A stretch of DNA of 64,000 nucleotides from an uncultured Clostridiaceae bacterium (GTDB taxonomy: Bacteria > Bacillota > Clostridia > TANB77 > CAG-465): the NCBI GenBank assembly GCA_947381905.1, contig CANCXL010000001.1, forward strand, positions 41,970 to 105,969, given 5' to 3'. Below are positions 1-9,891 of this stretch, piece by piece. Position 1 is the first letter of the stretch. Each line of letters starts with the position of its first letter. Made by a program: the position numbers and the translations under genes. A model generated the notes under the pieces. The model was not told where the DNA came from. It saw only the letters and a list, made by a program, of their open reading frames with translations, and did not search any database.

Positions 1-1136
1 AGTTTGCTATCAGTAAACATGCATTTATTGTGCTAAATATATACATGAGCCCTGCACAGATAGATGTAAATGTTCATCCTGCAAAACTTGAAGTTAAATT
101 TGCTGATGAATCTAAGATTTTTGATGTTGTTTACCACGCAGTAAGAAATGCAATAGAAAATGATAATAAGCAAATGAGTCTGTTTACTAATGCAAGAGAA
201 GAAATAAATAAAATAAATACAACTATTGAAGAAATGGACAAGGCTTTGCCTAATGAAGTAGATACAGATAAAAAAATAGAACAAATTTCTAAGGATTTAA
301 TGAACAATGGTGTTATACCAAATAAAGAAGAGAAAAAATATAATTTTGAATCTGCTACAAGAAGGCTTTATCAAGAACCGAAAATTGAGCATACAAATGT
401 AAATAGTCTTATAGAGTCATTAAATGAGAAATTTGGAGATATAAATACTTCAAGTATGAAAGAGCAAGAAGAGTCATCTACCACTACATTAGACAACGAT
501 AATTTTGAACAAGCAAAATTTGATGTTCAAGAATATGAGGAAACCCAAGTTGAAAAAATGGATAATGTATATGAGTATATAGGACATGTATTTGATACTT
601 ATATTATAATTCGAATGAAAGATAAAATATACTTTGTAGATCAACATGCAGCTCATGAAAGATTTCTATTTGAACAAATAAAAGAAGCGTATTATGCTAA
701 AAATCAACAAACTCAAATGTTACTTATACCACTACTTATTGGATTATCAAATAAAGAGATGGATATTGTAAGAGAAAATATTGATATGTTTGAAAATGCT
801 GGATTTATTTTAGATGAATTCGATGATAATACGTATAAGGTGGCAGGTGTACCAAATGTTGGATACAATATTGATCATAAATCTATGTTTAAAGATATGA
901 TAACAGAATTATCTTCAACTGAAAAAACAGAAAGACAAACAAAAGAGCATAGATTTCTTGCAACTCTTGCATGTAAGGCAGCAGTAAAGGGTGGAATGAA
1001 ATTAGATATTGAGGAGCAAAAGAGATTGATAGATAATATGATAAATTTAGATAATCCTTTTACATGTCCACATGGTAGGCCAACAGCTGTGCCAATGACA
1101 AGATATGAAATTGAAAGAAAATTTATGAGAAAATAG
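1..1136 (+). CDS. mutL: DNA mismatch repair protein MutL, C-terminal portion (5' end lies outside window)
   Basis: Reading frame is open from the window edge. Translation has the MutL C-terminal dimerisation/endonuclease region (HAAHERFLFEQ, FTCPHGRP motifs). miaA follows directly, as in many Firmicutes. Confidence 0.85.
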   Translation, partial: FAISKHAFIVLNIYMSPAQIDVNVHPAKLEVKFADESKIFDVVYHAVRNAIENDNKQMSLFTNAREEINKINTTIEEMDKALPNEVDTDKKIEQISKDLMNNGVIPNKEEKKYNFESATRRLYQEPKIEHTNVNSLIESLNEKFGDINTSSMKEQEESSTTTLDNDNFEQAKFDVQEYEETQVEKMDNVYEYIGHVFDTYIIIRMKDKIYFVDQHAAHERFLFEQIKEAYYAKNQQTQMLLIPLLIGLSNKEMDIVRENIDMFENAGFILDEFDDNTYKVAGVPNVGYNIDHKSMFKDMITELSSTEKTERQTKEHRFLATLACKAAVKGGMKLDIEEQKRLIDNMINLDNPFTCPHGRPTAVPMTRYEIERKFMRK

Positions 1137-1145
1137 GAGAATAAG

Positions 1146-2072
1146 ATGTTAGATAAAATAATATGCATAGTAGGACCTACTGCTTCAGGGAAAACAGGAC
1201 TTGCAATTGAACTAGCAAAAAAGATAAATGCAGAAGTAATATCTGCAGATTCTATGCAAATATATAAAGATTTAGATGTAGGTACTGCTAAAGTTACAGA
1301 AGAAGAAGCACAAGGCATTAAACATCATATAATTGATGTTTGTAAAGTACAAGATAAGTTTAGCGTTGCAGATTTTAAGACTATGTGCTATGATAAAATT
1401 AAAGATATAAGATCTAGACGAAAAAATGTTATTATTGCTGGTGGAACAGGATTATATGTTAATGCAGTAGTATATAATATGAATTTTGATGAAGAAGAGA
1501 CTGACACAGAGCTTAGAAAAGAGCTACAAAGTATAGCAAATGAAAAGGGAAATGAATTTCTTCATAATATGTTAAAAGAAATTGATCCTGAATCAGCTTC
1601 AAGCATTCATATGAACAATGTTAAGAGAGTTATACGAGCTATTGAAATGGCTAAAAATGTTAAACTAAAATCTGTACATATGAATGAAGAAAAAGAACGA
1701 TTAAAACAAGAAAAGAGTATTTATAATTTTTCTGTATTTTGTATTGAGCAAGATAGAGAATATTTATATAATAGAATTAATCTTAGAGTAGATTTGATGG
1801 TAAAAGATGGAATATTAGAAGAGGCAAGAAAAGTATATGACATGAATCTTCCAAAAGATAATACATGCATGCAAGCTATTGGCTACAAAGAATTTTTCCC
1901 TTATTTTGATGGAAAAATAACTTTAGATGAAGCAATTGATAATTTAAAAAAAGAAACTAGACATTATGCTAAAAGACAAATGACATGGTTTAATAATAAA
2001 TTAGATTGTATTAAACTTGATGGAAGTAAGTCAAAAGATGAGTTAGTAGATGAAATTCTAAGAAATATATAA
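1146..2072 (+). CDS. miaA: tRNA dimethylallyltransferase
   Basis: P-loop IVGPTASGKT and overall MiaA-like sequence. RBS GGAGAA upstream. Conserved mutL-miaA order. Confidence 0.9.
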   Translation: MLDKIICIVGPTASGKTGLAIELAKKINAEVISADSMQIYKDLDVGTAKVTEEEAQGIKHHIIDVCKVQDKFSVADFKTMCYDKIKDIRSRRKNVIIAGGTGLYVNAVVYNMNFDEEETDTELRKELQSIANEKGNEFLHNMLKEIDPESASSIHMNNVKRVIRAIEMAKNVKLKSVHMNEEKERLKQEKSIYNFSVFCIEQDREYLYNRINLRVDLMVKDGILEEARKVYDMNLPKDNTCMQAIGYKEFFPYFDGKITLDEAIDNLKKETRHYAKRQMTWFNNKLDCIKLDGSKSKDELVDEILRNI

Positions 2073-2090
2073 CCAAAGTAGGAGAAATAT

Positions 2091-3305
2091 ATGGGAAAAG
2101 TAATTGATTTTATTAAGTCAAACATTATGATTATATTTTTAGTAATTATAGTTGTTGCTTTTGTTTCATTTTATATTATTAAAGATGAATTTAATAGAAA
2201 AACAACATATACTGTTGTACAAGGGCAAATAGAGCATGCTGAGGAGAGCAACCTTTATTTGATAAAAAAAGAAACTATAATTGACTATGATAAATCACAA
2301 CCAATTACCGCAATTGTTGAGCAGGGAAAGCGAGCTTCAAAATATGAAGCTGTAGCAATATATCAAAATGCAAGTTATGATGATTATTTAAAACAAATAG
2401 ATGATATAGACAAACAATTACAAACACTTGTTAAGGATTTACCAATCACTTATTCTGCTGATATTTCTAATATAGAGCAGAAAATATTAAAGTATTCAAG
2501 TGATGTTCAAAATACAACATCATATTTAAAGATGCAAGAATATAAAACTAAACTTGATGAACTTGCTTATAGAAAAATTGTAGTTTTATCAAATTCATCT
2601 CCAGATAGCTCTGCAATAAGAGATTTAGTAACAAAAAGAGAGGAACTTGTAAAGCTAAGCAAATTATCAGATAATAATATATTTGCACCAGTATCTGGAG
2701 TTGTAGCATATAAGATAGATTCAATTGAAGGTAAGTATAATTTTAACACTGTTGAAAGAATGTCTGCAAAAGATTTTGAAAATATTATTGGAACATATGA
2801 TAATAATAGTGTAAGTGAATTTGGAATAAAGATCATAGATAATTTTTCTGCTTATCTTTTAGTTAAAACTCAAAATAAAGATAATGAGCAATATATAAAT
2901 ATTGGTAGAACTTATAAAATAAGAATATCAGATTTAGAAAATAAAACATTAAATGCAAGACTTAAGGTTAATATAAAAGATGGAGAATATAATTATTCAT
3001 TATTTGAAATTGATAATGAAATTGACGACATATTAGATTATAGAAAACTATCTTGTGAAGTTGTATGGAAAACAGATTCTGGAATGGCTATACCGCTTAA
3101 TTCTATACATGAAGACGAAATAATGCATTATAAATATGTGTTAATGGTTTATGGAACAGACTATGTTAAAATACCAATTAGAATTATTACTCAAAGTGAT
3201 AGCATTGCTATAGTGGAAAATGTGGATAAAGAAGAATATAAAAAATATGATTTAGATGATAGCTTTAAGCTTGAACTATATGATGAGCTTATAATAGAAC
3301 AATAA
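2091..3305 (+). CDS. hypothetical membrane-anchored protein (N-terminal TM helix, 404 aa)
   Basis: ORF with RBS AGGAGAA. One N-terminal hydrophobic segment. No recognisable catalytic motif. Occupies the slot where hfq usually follows miaA. Confidence 0.6.
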   Translation: MGKVIDFIKSNIMIIFLVIIVVAFVSFYIIKDEFNRKTTYTVVQGQIEHAEESNLYLIKKETIIDYDKSQPITAIVEQGKRASKYEAVAIYQNASYDDYLKQIDDIDKQLQTLVKDLPITYSADISNIEQKILKYSSDVQNTTSYLKMQEYKTKLDELAYRKIVVLSNSSPDSSAIRDLVTKREELVKLSKLSDNNIFAPVSGVVAYKIDSIEGKYNFNTVERMSAKDFENIIGTYDNNSVSEFGIKIIDNFSAYLLVKTQNKDNEQYINIGRTYKIRISDLENKTLNARLKVNIKDGEYNYSLFEIDNEIDDILDYRKLSCEVVWKTDSGMAIPLNSIHEDEIMHYKYVLMVYGTDYVKIPIRIITQSDSIAIVENVDKEEYKKYDLDDSFKLELYDELIIEQ

Positions 3306-3376
3306 AAAGAAGTAACTAGGGTATGAAGTGAATCCAAATTGTTAGACAAAAAATTTAACAAGGAGGGTTCATTTTT

Positions 3377-3889
3377 ATGAGTAAATATTCAAACAAATTT
3401 AAATTAGAAGTTATTAAATATTATTTAAATCAGCATGTAGGATATAAAATAACAGCCCAACATTTTGGTATACCTGCTTTTGATACAGTGAAAAAATGGG
3501 TAAAAAAATATGAGAAAAACGGAATTAATGGATTGCTAAAGAATCAAAGAACATCTTATAGTGGAGAATATAAACAAAATGTGATAGAATATATGCATGC
3601 GAATCATTTATCATGTCAAGAAACAGCCTATCACTTTAATTTGGGCAATACAAATATAGTTGTTAGATGGGAACGCATATATTATGAGAAAGGACCACAA
3701 GCGCTTTATGAAGAGCAACGTGGAAGACGAAAAAAAATGAGTTCTAACCCCAAAAAGAGGAAATTAGATAAACAAGTTGAGGAAGATCTAATAGCAGAAA
3801 ATCAACGACTTCGAATGGAAAATGAATACTTAAAAAAATTAAATGCCTTAGTTCAGGAAAGAATCAAGCAAGAGAACAAGAAAAAGTAA
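3377..3889 (+). CDS. IS3-family transposase OrfA (HTH / leucine-zipper part)
   Basis: Helix-turn-helix-like N-terminus, basic region and leucine-zipper-like C-terminus. RBS AAGGAGGG. Frame overlaps orfB in the -1 frame. An A7 run at 3832-3838 (A AAA AAA) and GAAAAAG at 3880-3886 are candidate slippery sites. Confidence 0.85.
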   Translation: MSKYSNKFKLEVIKYYLNQHVGYKITAQHFGIPAFDTVKKWVKKYEKNGINGLLKNQRTSYSGEYKQNVIEYMHANHLSCQETAYHFNLGNTNIVVRWERIYYEKGPQALYEEQRGRRKKMSSNPKKRKLDKQVEEDLIAENQRLRMENEYLKKLNALVQERIKQENKKK

Positions 3890-3921
3890 TTGTTGTCGAT
3901 GAACTAAGGCAGAAATATAGC

Positions 3922-4743
3922 TTGAGAGAATTACTAAAATTAGCAGAAATGCCACGAAGCACATTCTATTATCATTTGAAGAACCTAAAAAGAGATGACA
4001 AATATAAAGTAGAAAAAGATGAGATTTTATCAATCTTTCATGAAAATAAGGGTCGCTATGGTTATAGAAGAATAACATTAGAAATGAGAAATCGTGGCTA
4101 TGTAATAAATCATAAAACAGTTGCAAGACTAATGAAAATAATGGGATTACAAAGTATTCAAAGACCAAAAAGAAAATATAATTCATATAGAGGAACAATT
4201 GGAAAAATTGCAGATAATTTATTGAATCGAGATTTTAATGCTACAAAACCAAATGAAAAATGGGCTACAGATGTAACAGAGCTTAAAGTAAATGATGAAA
4301 AATTATACTTATCTCCAATATTAGATTTATTTAATGGTGAAGTAATAAGCTTTAATTTATCTCGACATCCAGTATTTAATCAAGTAGTAGATATGTTAGA
4401 AAAAGCTTTTAAGAAAATACCAGACAATACAAATTTAATATTACATTCAGATCAAGGATGGCAGTATCAAATGAAACAATATCAATATCTTTTAGAGAAA
4501 AAAGGTATTAGACAAAGCATGTCAAGGGAAGGAAATTGTTTAGATAATGGCGTAGCAGAAAACTTTTTTGGAATTTTAAAATCAGAACTTTATTATATAA
4601 AAGAAAAAGAATATAAAAATATAGAAGAATTAGAGAAAGATATAATTGAATATATAGAATATTATAATAACAGAAGAATTAAGAGCAAACTAAAAGGAAT
4701 GTCCCCTGTTCAATACAGAGAACATTCCATGTTAGTAGCCTAA
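3922..4743 (+). CDS. IS3-family transposase OrfB (DDE integrase catalytic core); expressed as an OrfAB fusion by -1 frameshift
   Basis: rve-type integrase core (HSDQGWQY..., the D and E of the DDE triad downstream). The -1 frame is open from 3826, overlapping the end of orfA. Confidence 0.85.
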   Translation: MRELLKLAEMPRSTFYYHLKNLKRDDKYKVEKDEILSIFHENKGRYGYRRITLEMRNRGYVINHKTVARLMKIMGLQSIQRPKRKYNSYRGTIGKIADNLLNRDFNATKPNEKWATDVTELKVNDEKLYLSPILDLFNGEVISFNLSRHPVFNQVVDMLEKAFKKIPDNTNLILHSDQGWQYQMKQYQYLLEKKGIRQSMSREGNCLDNGVAENFFGILKSELYYIKEKEYKNIEELEKDIIEYIEYYNNRRIKSKLKGMSPVQYREHSMLVA

Positions 4744-4781
4744 TTTATGCTGTCCAACTTTTTGGGTTCAGTACAGTATCT

Positions 4782-5360
4782 CTAGTTACTTTTTTTAGTA
4801 TATTCTTTTCCACTTATTGGATCTGTATAGATCTTAACATTTTCATGTTTTTTTACATCTAATACTTTTTTTTGATCTCCTAATATTAAAAGAGTTTGAT
4901 ATAATTCATATTTTGAAAACATATCAGTTTCCATTATTTCATTAATACATTTTTCATAATAAAATTCTCTTGAATTTTGAACTAATAGAGGCTTGTCGAG
5001 TATCTTATTATATAGAGATAAATTATCTGGCAAGATAGAGGAGCAGATTATAGCTTCAGGTGACTCAAAATCACCTAATTTATAATCTTCAACATCTAGT
5101 ATATAATTATTTATTAATTGTGTATTTTCACATATTTTATTAAAAACAATGGCATTCAAATTTTTTGCAAGAACTCTTACACATTCAAAATTATCATTAA
5201 TATATAAATCAGAATCTTTTGGTGAAAGAAATGCTTGTATTCCTCTTTTATCTGAATCCATTAGTTTAAGTACTCTATTTTCGTATTCGGATAATTTAAT
5301 TCCATACTTAAGACAATCATCAACCTTTTCTTTTTCTATATAAATATATAGATCTTGCAT
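4782..5360 (-). CDS. hypothetical protein
   Basis: ORF with RBS AGGAG placed 8 nt upstream of the internal ATG (MQDLYIYIEK). No recognisable motifs. Stop codon lies 7 bp from the IS right end. Confidence 0.5.
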   Translation of the reverse strand: MQDLYIYIEKEKVDDCLKYGIKLSEYENRVLKLMDSDKRGIQAFLSPKDSDLYINDNFECVRVLAKNLNAIVFNKICENTQLINNYILDVEDYKLGDFESPEAIICSSILPDNLSLYNKILDKPLLVQNSREFYYEKCINEIMETDMFSKYELYQTLLILGDQKKVLDVKKHENVKIYTDPISGKEYTKKSN

Positions 5361-5445
5361 GATTATCACTCCTAAGTGTCTATATTATAACATAGATTAA
5401 ATAAAAAGTTAAGTAAAAATAAAATAAAAGTGACATAAGTCACTC

Positions 5446-6489
5446 TTATTTATTATATTCATCTAGAATATTACCTACTAGTTTTTCTACAATGTCTTCC
5501 ATTGTCACTAGCCCTTCAATAACGCCATTTGGATCTTTTATTATAGCTAAATGCTTGTTATTTAATTGCATATTTTTTAGTACTGTATCAACTTTTTCAT
5601 TTCTTGTTATAAATAAAGGTTCTCTTACTATAGACTTTATATTTATATTAATTTCTTTATCATCTAAAGAATTAAGAAGGATATCTTTTAAATTGATAAA
5701 ACCTATAATATTATCTTTTGTTTTAGAATAAATTGGTAATCTTGTATATTTATGCTTTTTTATAGTTTCTATTATTTTTTCACTAGAGCTATCTATATTT
5801 AAAGCAATTATTTTTTCTCTAGGCTGCATTATTTCTCGAACTTTTAGACTATCAAACTTAATTGCATTAAATAACAACTTTTTTTCTTCGTCATCAAATA
5901 GACCTTGAGAATTACTTTCTGCAATAATTAATTTTATTTCTTTTTCTGTAAGTTTTTCTTCAGGTTCATCTTTAATTCTTAAAATTTTAGAAAAGACTTT
6001 TTCTGACCATGTAAGAATACCTTCAAAAGGAATGTTAATTTTAGAAAATATTGTAAATAAATCCACATATCTATACACAGTTCTTTCTGGATGATTTCTT
6101 GCAGCTTTTTTAGGTAATAATTCTCCAAATACTAATGTAAGATAAGAAAGAATTAATGTTACTATAAATACAGTAATTATATAAGATAGTGTGTTATTAA
6201 AACCCCATATATTTAAAGTATTTACCATATGGTTTACAAATGCTTCTGCAGCAAATATAGATGCTAATTGTTCTGCAAGTGTCATTCCTATTCTTGTTGT
6301 AGTAAATGTTTTTATCTTATCATCTAGAAAAGCTTTTACTTTTAATATTTTTCGTCTTGACTTTAGTCTAGGATTTTTACTCATTTGTCTAAACTTTGCT
6401 TTATTTAAATAAGTTATAGCTGTTTCAAATGAAGAAAATACTGCTTTAATTGTTACAATTAATGCTAGTATTAAAAATTTTATAATCAT
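5446..6489 (-). CDS. CNNM/HlyC-CorC family membrane protein (DUF21 transmembrane domain plus CBS pair)
   Basis: N-terminal multi-TM DUF21-like region followed by CBS-pair-like sequence (…GLVTMEDIVEKLVG). Common 'hemolysin family protein' architecture. Confidence 0.7.
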   Translation of the reverse strand: MIIKFLILALIVTIKAVFSSFETAITYLNKAKFRQMSKNPRLKSRRKILKVKAFLDDKIKTFTTTRIGMTLAEQLASIFAAEAFVNHMVNTLNIWGFNNTLSYIITVFIVTLILSYLTLVFGELLPKKAARNHPERTVYRYVDLFTIFSKINIPFEGILTWSEKVFSKILRIKDEPEEKLTEKEIKLIIAESNSQGLFDDEEKKLLFNAIKFDSLKVREIMQPREKIIALNIDSSSEKIIETIKKHKYTRLPIYSKTKDNIIGFINLKDILLNSLDDKEININIKSIVREPLFITRNEKVDTVLKNMQLNNKHLAIIKDPNGVIEGLVTMEDIVEKLVGNILDEYNK

Positions 6490-6593
6490 ATTCGTCCCCT
6501 CTTAATATAAAATTATATATCAAAAGAAAAAAGCATGCAATAATATAAACAAAATAAAACAAAATCGAAAAAAAGATGCCAAAGCATCTTTTT

Positions 6594-7049
6594 CTATTTG
6601 TCTGTCGAACCAAATCCACCTTTTCTTGTTCCAGTAGCATTGTCATTATCTACAGTTAAATATTTTTGGAATATAACTTGTCCTATTACATCACCTTTTT
6701 TTACTTCAATGTCATGATCTGAACAATTAAAGTATGAAAAATAAAAGTGACCATCATTATCTGGATTTTGATAATAATCTGAATCAATTAAGCCAACACT
6801 ATTTGCCATTAAAAATCCTTTTTTTGGACCACTGCTACGATTTAGTAAAAGATAACATTCATCTTCCATACAATAAGCTTTAAGACCAGTTGGAATTAAT
6901 GTAGGTTTTATTCCAGGGTAATATTTAGGTATAATAATATCTTCTGCAGCTTCAACGTCATATCCTGCTGAATGTGCAGTTTTTCTAATAGGTAGGTTAA
7001 TATTTTTATCTTCCCAACCTTTTGCAATTTCAAATCCTCTTTGTCTCAT
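6594..7049 (-). CDS. dut: dUTP diphosphatase (trimeric dUTPase family)
   Basis: dUTPase motifs: AGYDV..., RSSG, GLIDSDY, and a Gly-rich C-terminal motif (RKGGFGSTD). Confidence 0.8.
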   Translation of the reverse strand: MRQRGFEIAKGWEDKNINLPIRKTAHSAGYDVEAAEDIIIPKYYPGIKPTLIPTGLKAYCMEDECYLLLNRSSGPKKGFLMANSVGLIDSDYYQNPDNDGHFYFSYFNCSDHDIEVKKGDVIGQVIFQKYLTVDNDNATGTRKGGFGSTDK

Positions 7050-7151
7050 TTTATGTGCCTCCTATTTTACAAAGAAATTATATCATAATATGTAAATTAA
7101 TTGAATAAAATTATCTAAAAATATATAAAAAATTAGCCTCATAATATGAGA

Positions 7152-8042
7152 CTAATGTATATGTTCAAGTCTTGCTATACGTTCACTAATAGGAGGATGT
7201 GTAGAAAATAAATCTTCTTTTTCTCTTTTCTTCTTATTAGGATTATTTATATACATATGTGCTGTTGCATTACTTACATTTTGCATTGATGAAGTATCAT
7301 TTTGTAGCTTTTTTAATGCAGATATAAGTCCGTTTGGATTTCTTGTGAATTCTATTGCTGTAGAATCTGCAAGATATTCTCTTTTTCTAGAAACAGCAAG
7401 TTGTATTAATTTTGTAAATATTGGTGATAAAATAACAAATATCATTCCAATAACTAATATAATAAGCTCTATTGGATTTTTATCATCATTATTTCTTGAA
7501 TTTCTACGTCTAAAACCATATCTAATGACAAAATCTGAAACCATTACAACAAATCCTGCAAAAACAGAGATAACTGTTGAAAGTAAAATATCATAATTTT
7601 TTATATGAGATAACTCGTGAGCTAGAACTCCTTCAAGCTCGTATTTATCCATTTTTTCAAGTAATCCAGTTGTCACACATATTACTGCGTGTTCTGGATT
7701 TCTTCCAGTTGCAAAAGCATTTGGACAAGAATCGTTTATTACATATAGTTTAGGTTTTGGAAGCCCAGAAGCTATACATAGCCCATCAAGTAAAGTAGTT
7801 AGCAATAGATTTTGTTCTTTTGTTGCAGGTCTTGCACCATTCATAGCAAGAACAAGTTTATCACAATTATAATAAGATACAATACATGATAAAACAGAAA
7901 ATCCAAATGCTATTATAACTGACCAAATGCCAAAATCTAATAAGTAACATACAAAGTATATAAATAAAGCAACGATTACTAAAAATCCTGCAATTATTGT
8001 ATAAGATTGTATCTTATTATCTCTTACAGCTTTTAAAATCAT
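7152..8042 (-). CDS. htpX: M48 family zinc metalloprotease HtpX
   Basis: HELSH zinc-binding motif and N-terminal TM helices. Sits immediately downstream of lemA, the conserved lemA-htpX pair. Confidence 0.85.
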   Translation of the reverse strand: MILKAVRDNKIQSYTIIAGFLVIVALFIYFVCYLLDFGIWSVIIAFGFSVLSCIVSYYNCDKLVLAMNGARPATKEQNLLLTTLLDGLCIASGLPKPKLYVINDSCPNAFATGRNPEHAVICVTTGLLEKMDKYELEGVLAHELSHIKNYDILLSTVISVFAGFVVMVSDFVIRYGFRRRNSRNNDDKNPIELIILVIGMIFVILSPIFTKLIQLAVSRKREYLADSTAIEFTRNPNGLISALKKLQNDTSSMQNVSNATAHMYINNPNKKKREKEDLFSTHPPISERIARLEHIH

Positions 8043-8055
8043 AATATCACCTTAA

Positions 8056-8607
8056 TTAAAATTGTACTTTTACTGGTTCTTTTTCTGCTTCGTCAATTTG
8101 GAAAAATGGTTCTTCAGTATAACCAAACATTCCTGCAATTAAATTTGCTGGAAATCTCATTATAGCAGTATTATACATTTGAACTGTATCATTATAAAAT
8201 TGTCTTGAATAAGTAATTTTATCTTCAGTTCCTGTTAATTCAGTTTGTAGTGCCATAAAGTTTTGATTTGCTTTTAAATCTGGATAAGATTCAGATAAAG
8301 CGAAAATACTTTTTAAAGTTTGGCTTAATGCATTATTTGCTGCTGCTTTATCTTCTACAGAAGATGCTGAAGCATAATTATTTCTTGCAGCAATAACTTT
8401 TTCTAAAGTATCTTGTTCATGAGCAGCATAACCTTTTACAGTTTCAACAAGATTTGGTATTAAATCAAATCTTCTTTTTAGTTGAGTATCAATTTGTGCC
8501 CACGCATTTTTAACTCTCATTTTTAAAGTTACTAGATTGTTGTACATTCCAATTACAAACATGGCAATTAGTGCTAGAACAACAACTAATACAATTACAA
8601 TCCACAT
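8056..8607 (-). CDS. lemA: LemA family protein
   Basis: N-terminal TM helix plus LemA-like sequence (NAWAQIDTQLKRRFDLIPNLVETVKGYAAHE). Confidence 0.85.
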   Translation of the reverse strand: MWIVIVLVVVLALIAMFVIGMYNNLVTLKMRVKNAWAQIDTQLKRRFDLIPNLVETVKGYAAHEQDTLEKVIAARNNYASASSVEDKAAANNALSQTLKSIFALSESYPDLKANQNFMALQTELTGTEDKITYSRQFYNDTVQMYNTAIMRFPANLIAGMFGYTEEPFFQIDEAEKEPVKVQF

Positions 8608-8772
8608 AAAACATACCTCCCTTTTTAATGTGATAATAATATTTTATCATTAATATAAAATATTTGCAATAATATATTATACTTGGGACAAAATTCGTAT
8701 ATTACCAGAAAATGCCTAAAAATAGCATAATTTGTAATATTTAGTTTTTTATCTAATTAAGTGTCATCAAAT

Positions 8773-8801
8773 TTGACAAAGGTTATATTATATAGTATAA
8801 T
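8773..8801 (+). promoter_or_regulatory. consensus sigma-A promoter TTGACA-N17-TATAAT
   Basis: TTGACA at 8773-8778, 17-nt spacer, TATAAT at 8796-8801. Upstream of the 8834 gene. Confidence 0.6.
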
Positions 8802-8833
8802 TATGTTGTTAAATTTTCTTAGGAGGAATTTTT

Positions 8834-9832
8834 GTGGAAGAAGATAAAGCATTTATATTGAGAAAAATTCTTACTGTTGTAAGTCTTATTCTTATATTTG
8901 CTACAGCTGGATTGCTTGCAATTACAACTCAACTTAAGACAATCACATTTAACTATTATGGTAATGTAAAAACTATAAAAACATTAGCAAGTTCAGTAGA
9001 CGCTTTTTTACTACAGAATAATATAAGTTTAAATGATACTGCAGTAATTGAGCCTGCTAAAAAGTCTAGAGTTATAAATGGTATGACAATATCTATATAC
9101 ACCGAAGAAGAAAAAGCTTTTGATATAGATAGTTTTAGAGAATCATATTCTCCTATTATAGCAAGTGTAAAAGAGGAGATACATGCTATACCATTTGAAG
9201 AAGAAACAGTAGATAATAATGAAAGAGATTCTGGTGAAACTGAAGTAATACAAGAAGGAGTAGAAGGATCAAAATCAGTAAGTTATATAGTAAAATCAAC
9301 TAAAGATAAAGTTATTCAAAAAGAAGAAGTTGGAACAGAGGTTATTGCACAAGTACAAAATAGAATTGTTGAGGTAGGTACTAAAGTAACACTTGCTTCA
9401 AGAAGTGGTGTTATATCATCTATAACAGCAACACCAGTAGGTGCAGGATTTGTTTCGTACAATGTTTCTTTACCTGTAGAACAACAACAGTATGCATATA
9501 AACTTTGCGAAAAATATGGAATAGATTATCCGCTATTTTTATCTATTATGTATCATGAAAGTAGATATGTTCCTACTGCAAATAATAATAATACATACAT
9601 AGGCTTATGCCAAGTTTGGAATGCACATTTAAACAATTTAGGACCAACTCTTGGTATATCAGATTTATATGATCCATATGATAATATGACAGCAGGTGCA
9701 TATTTACTATCATATTATATTAATAATAATGGAGGAGTTGAAGCTGGACTTGCATCATATGGTGGAGGATATTCTTATGTTCCTGATGTTATGGGCTTAC
9801 GAGATAAATTGATTGCAAATGGTGGATTATAA
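8834..9832 (+). CDS. membrane-anchored G5-domain protein with C-terminal SLT-type lytic transglycosylase domain (YabE/Rpf-like)
   Basis: GTG start 6 nt after AGGAGGA. N-terminal TM helix, G5-like middle region. C-terminal lytic-transglycosylase signatures (MYHESRY, GLCQV, AYL). Located upstream of rsmA as yabE is in Bacillus. Confidence 0.65.
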   Translation: MEEDKAFILRKILTVVSLILIFATAGLLAITTQLKTITFNYYGNVKTIKTLASSVDAFLLQNNISLNDTAVIEPAKKSRVINGMTISIYTEEEKAFDIDSFRESYSPIIASVKEEIHAIPFEEETVDNNERDSGETEVIQEGVEGSKSVSYIVKSTKDKVIQKEEVGTEVIAQVQNRIVEVGTKVTLASRSGVISSITATPVGAGFVSYNVSLPVEQQQYAYKLCEKYGIDYPLFLSIMYHESRYVPTANNNNTYIGLCQVWNAHLNNLGPTLGISDLYDPYDNMTAGAYLLSYYINNNGGVEAGLASYGGGYSYVPDVMGLRDKLIANGGL

Positions 9833-9891
9833 TAATTAGAAATCAAGGAATAGCAATAATTGCTATTCTTTTTTATATGGAGGAAAAATTT

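Larger units (their letters stand above)
3324..4775 (+). mobile_element. IS3-family insertion sequence (about 1.45 kb) with imperfect terminal inverted repeats starting TG...
   Basis: Left end TGAAGTGAATCCAAATTGTTAGACA and the reverse complement of the right end TGTACTGAACCCAAAAAGTTGGACA align as imperfect IRs. GTA is present on both flanks (3321-3323 and 4776-4778), consistent with a 3-bp target duplication. Contains orfA/orfB in the -1 frame arrangement. Confidence 0.8.

Noticed and set aside
33-1318. Antisense ORFs 33-284(-) and 875-1318(-) inside mutL
   Set aside because: Low-complexity, hydrophobic or AT-codon-biased translations, fully embedded in a well-supported mutL frame. These are typical shadow ORFs of AT-rich DNA. 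The same applies to 2567-2836, 12607-12921, 16548-16934, 35573-35932, 36170-36502, 36781-37116, 44256-44546 and similar.
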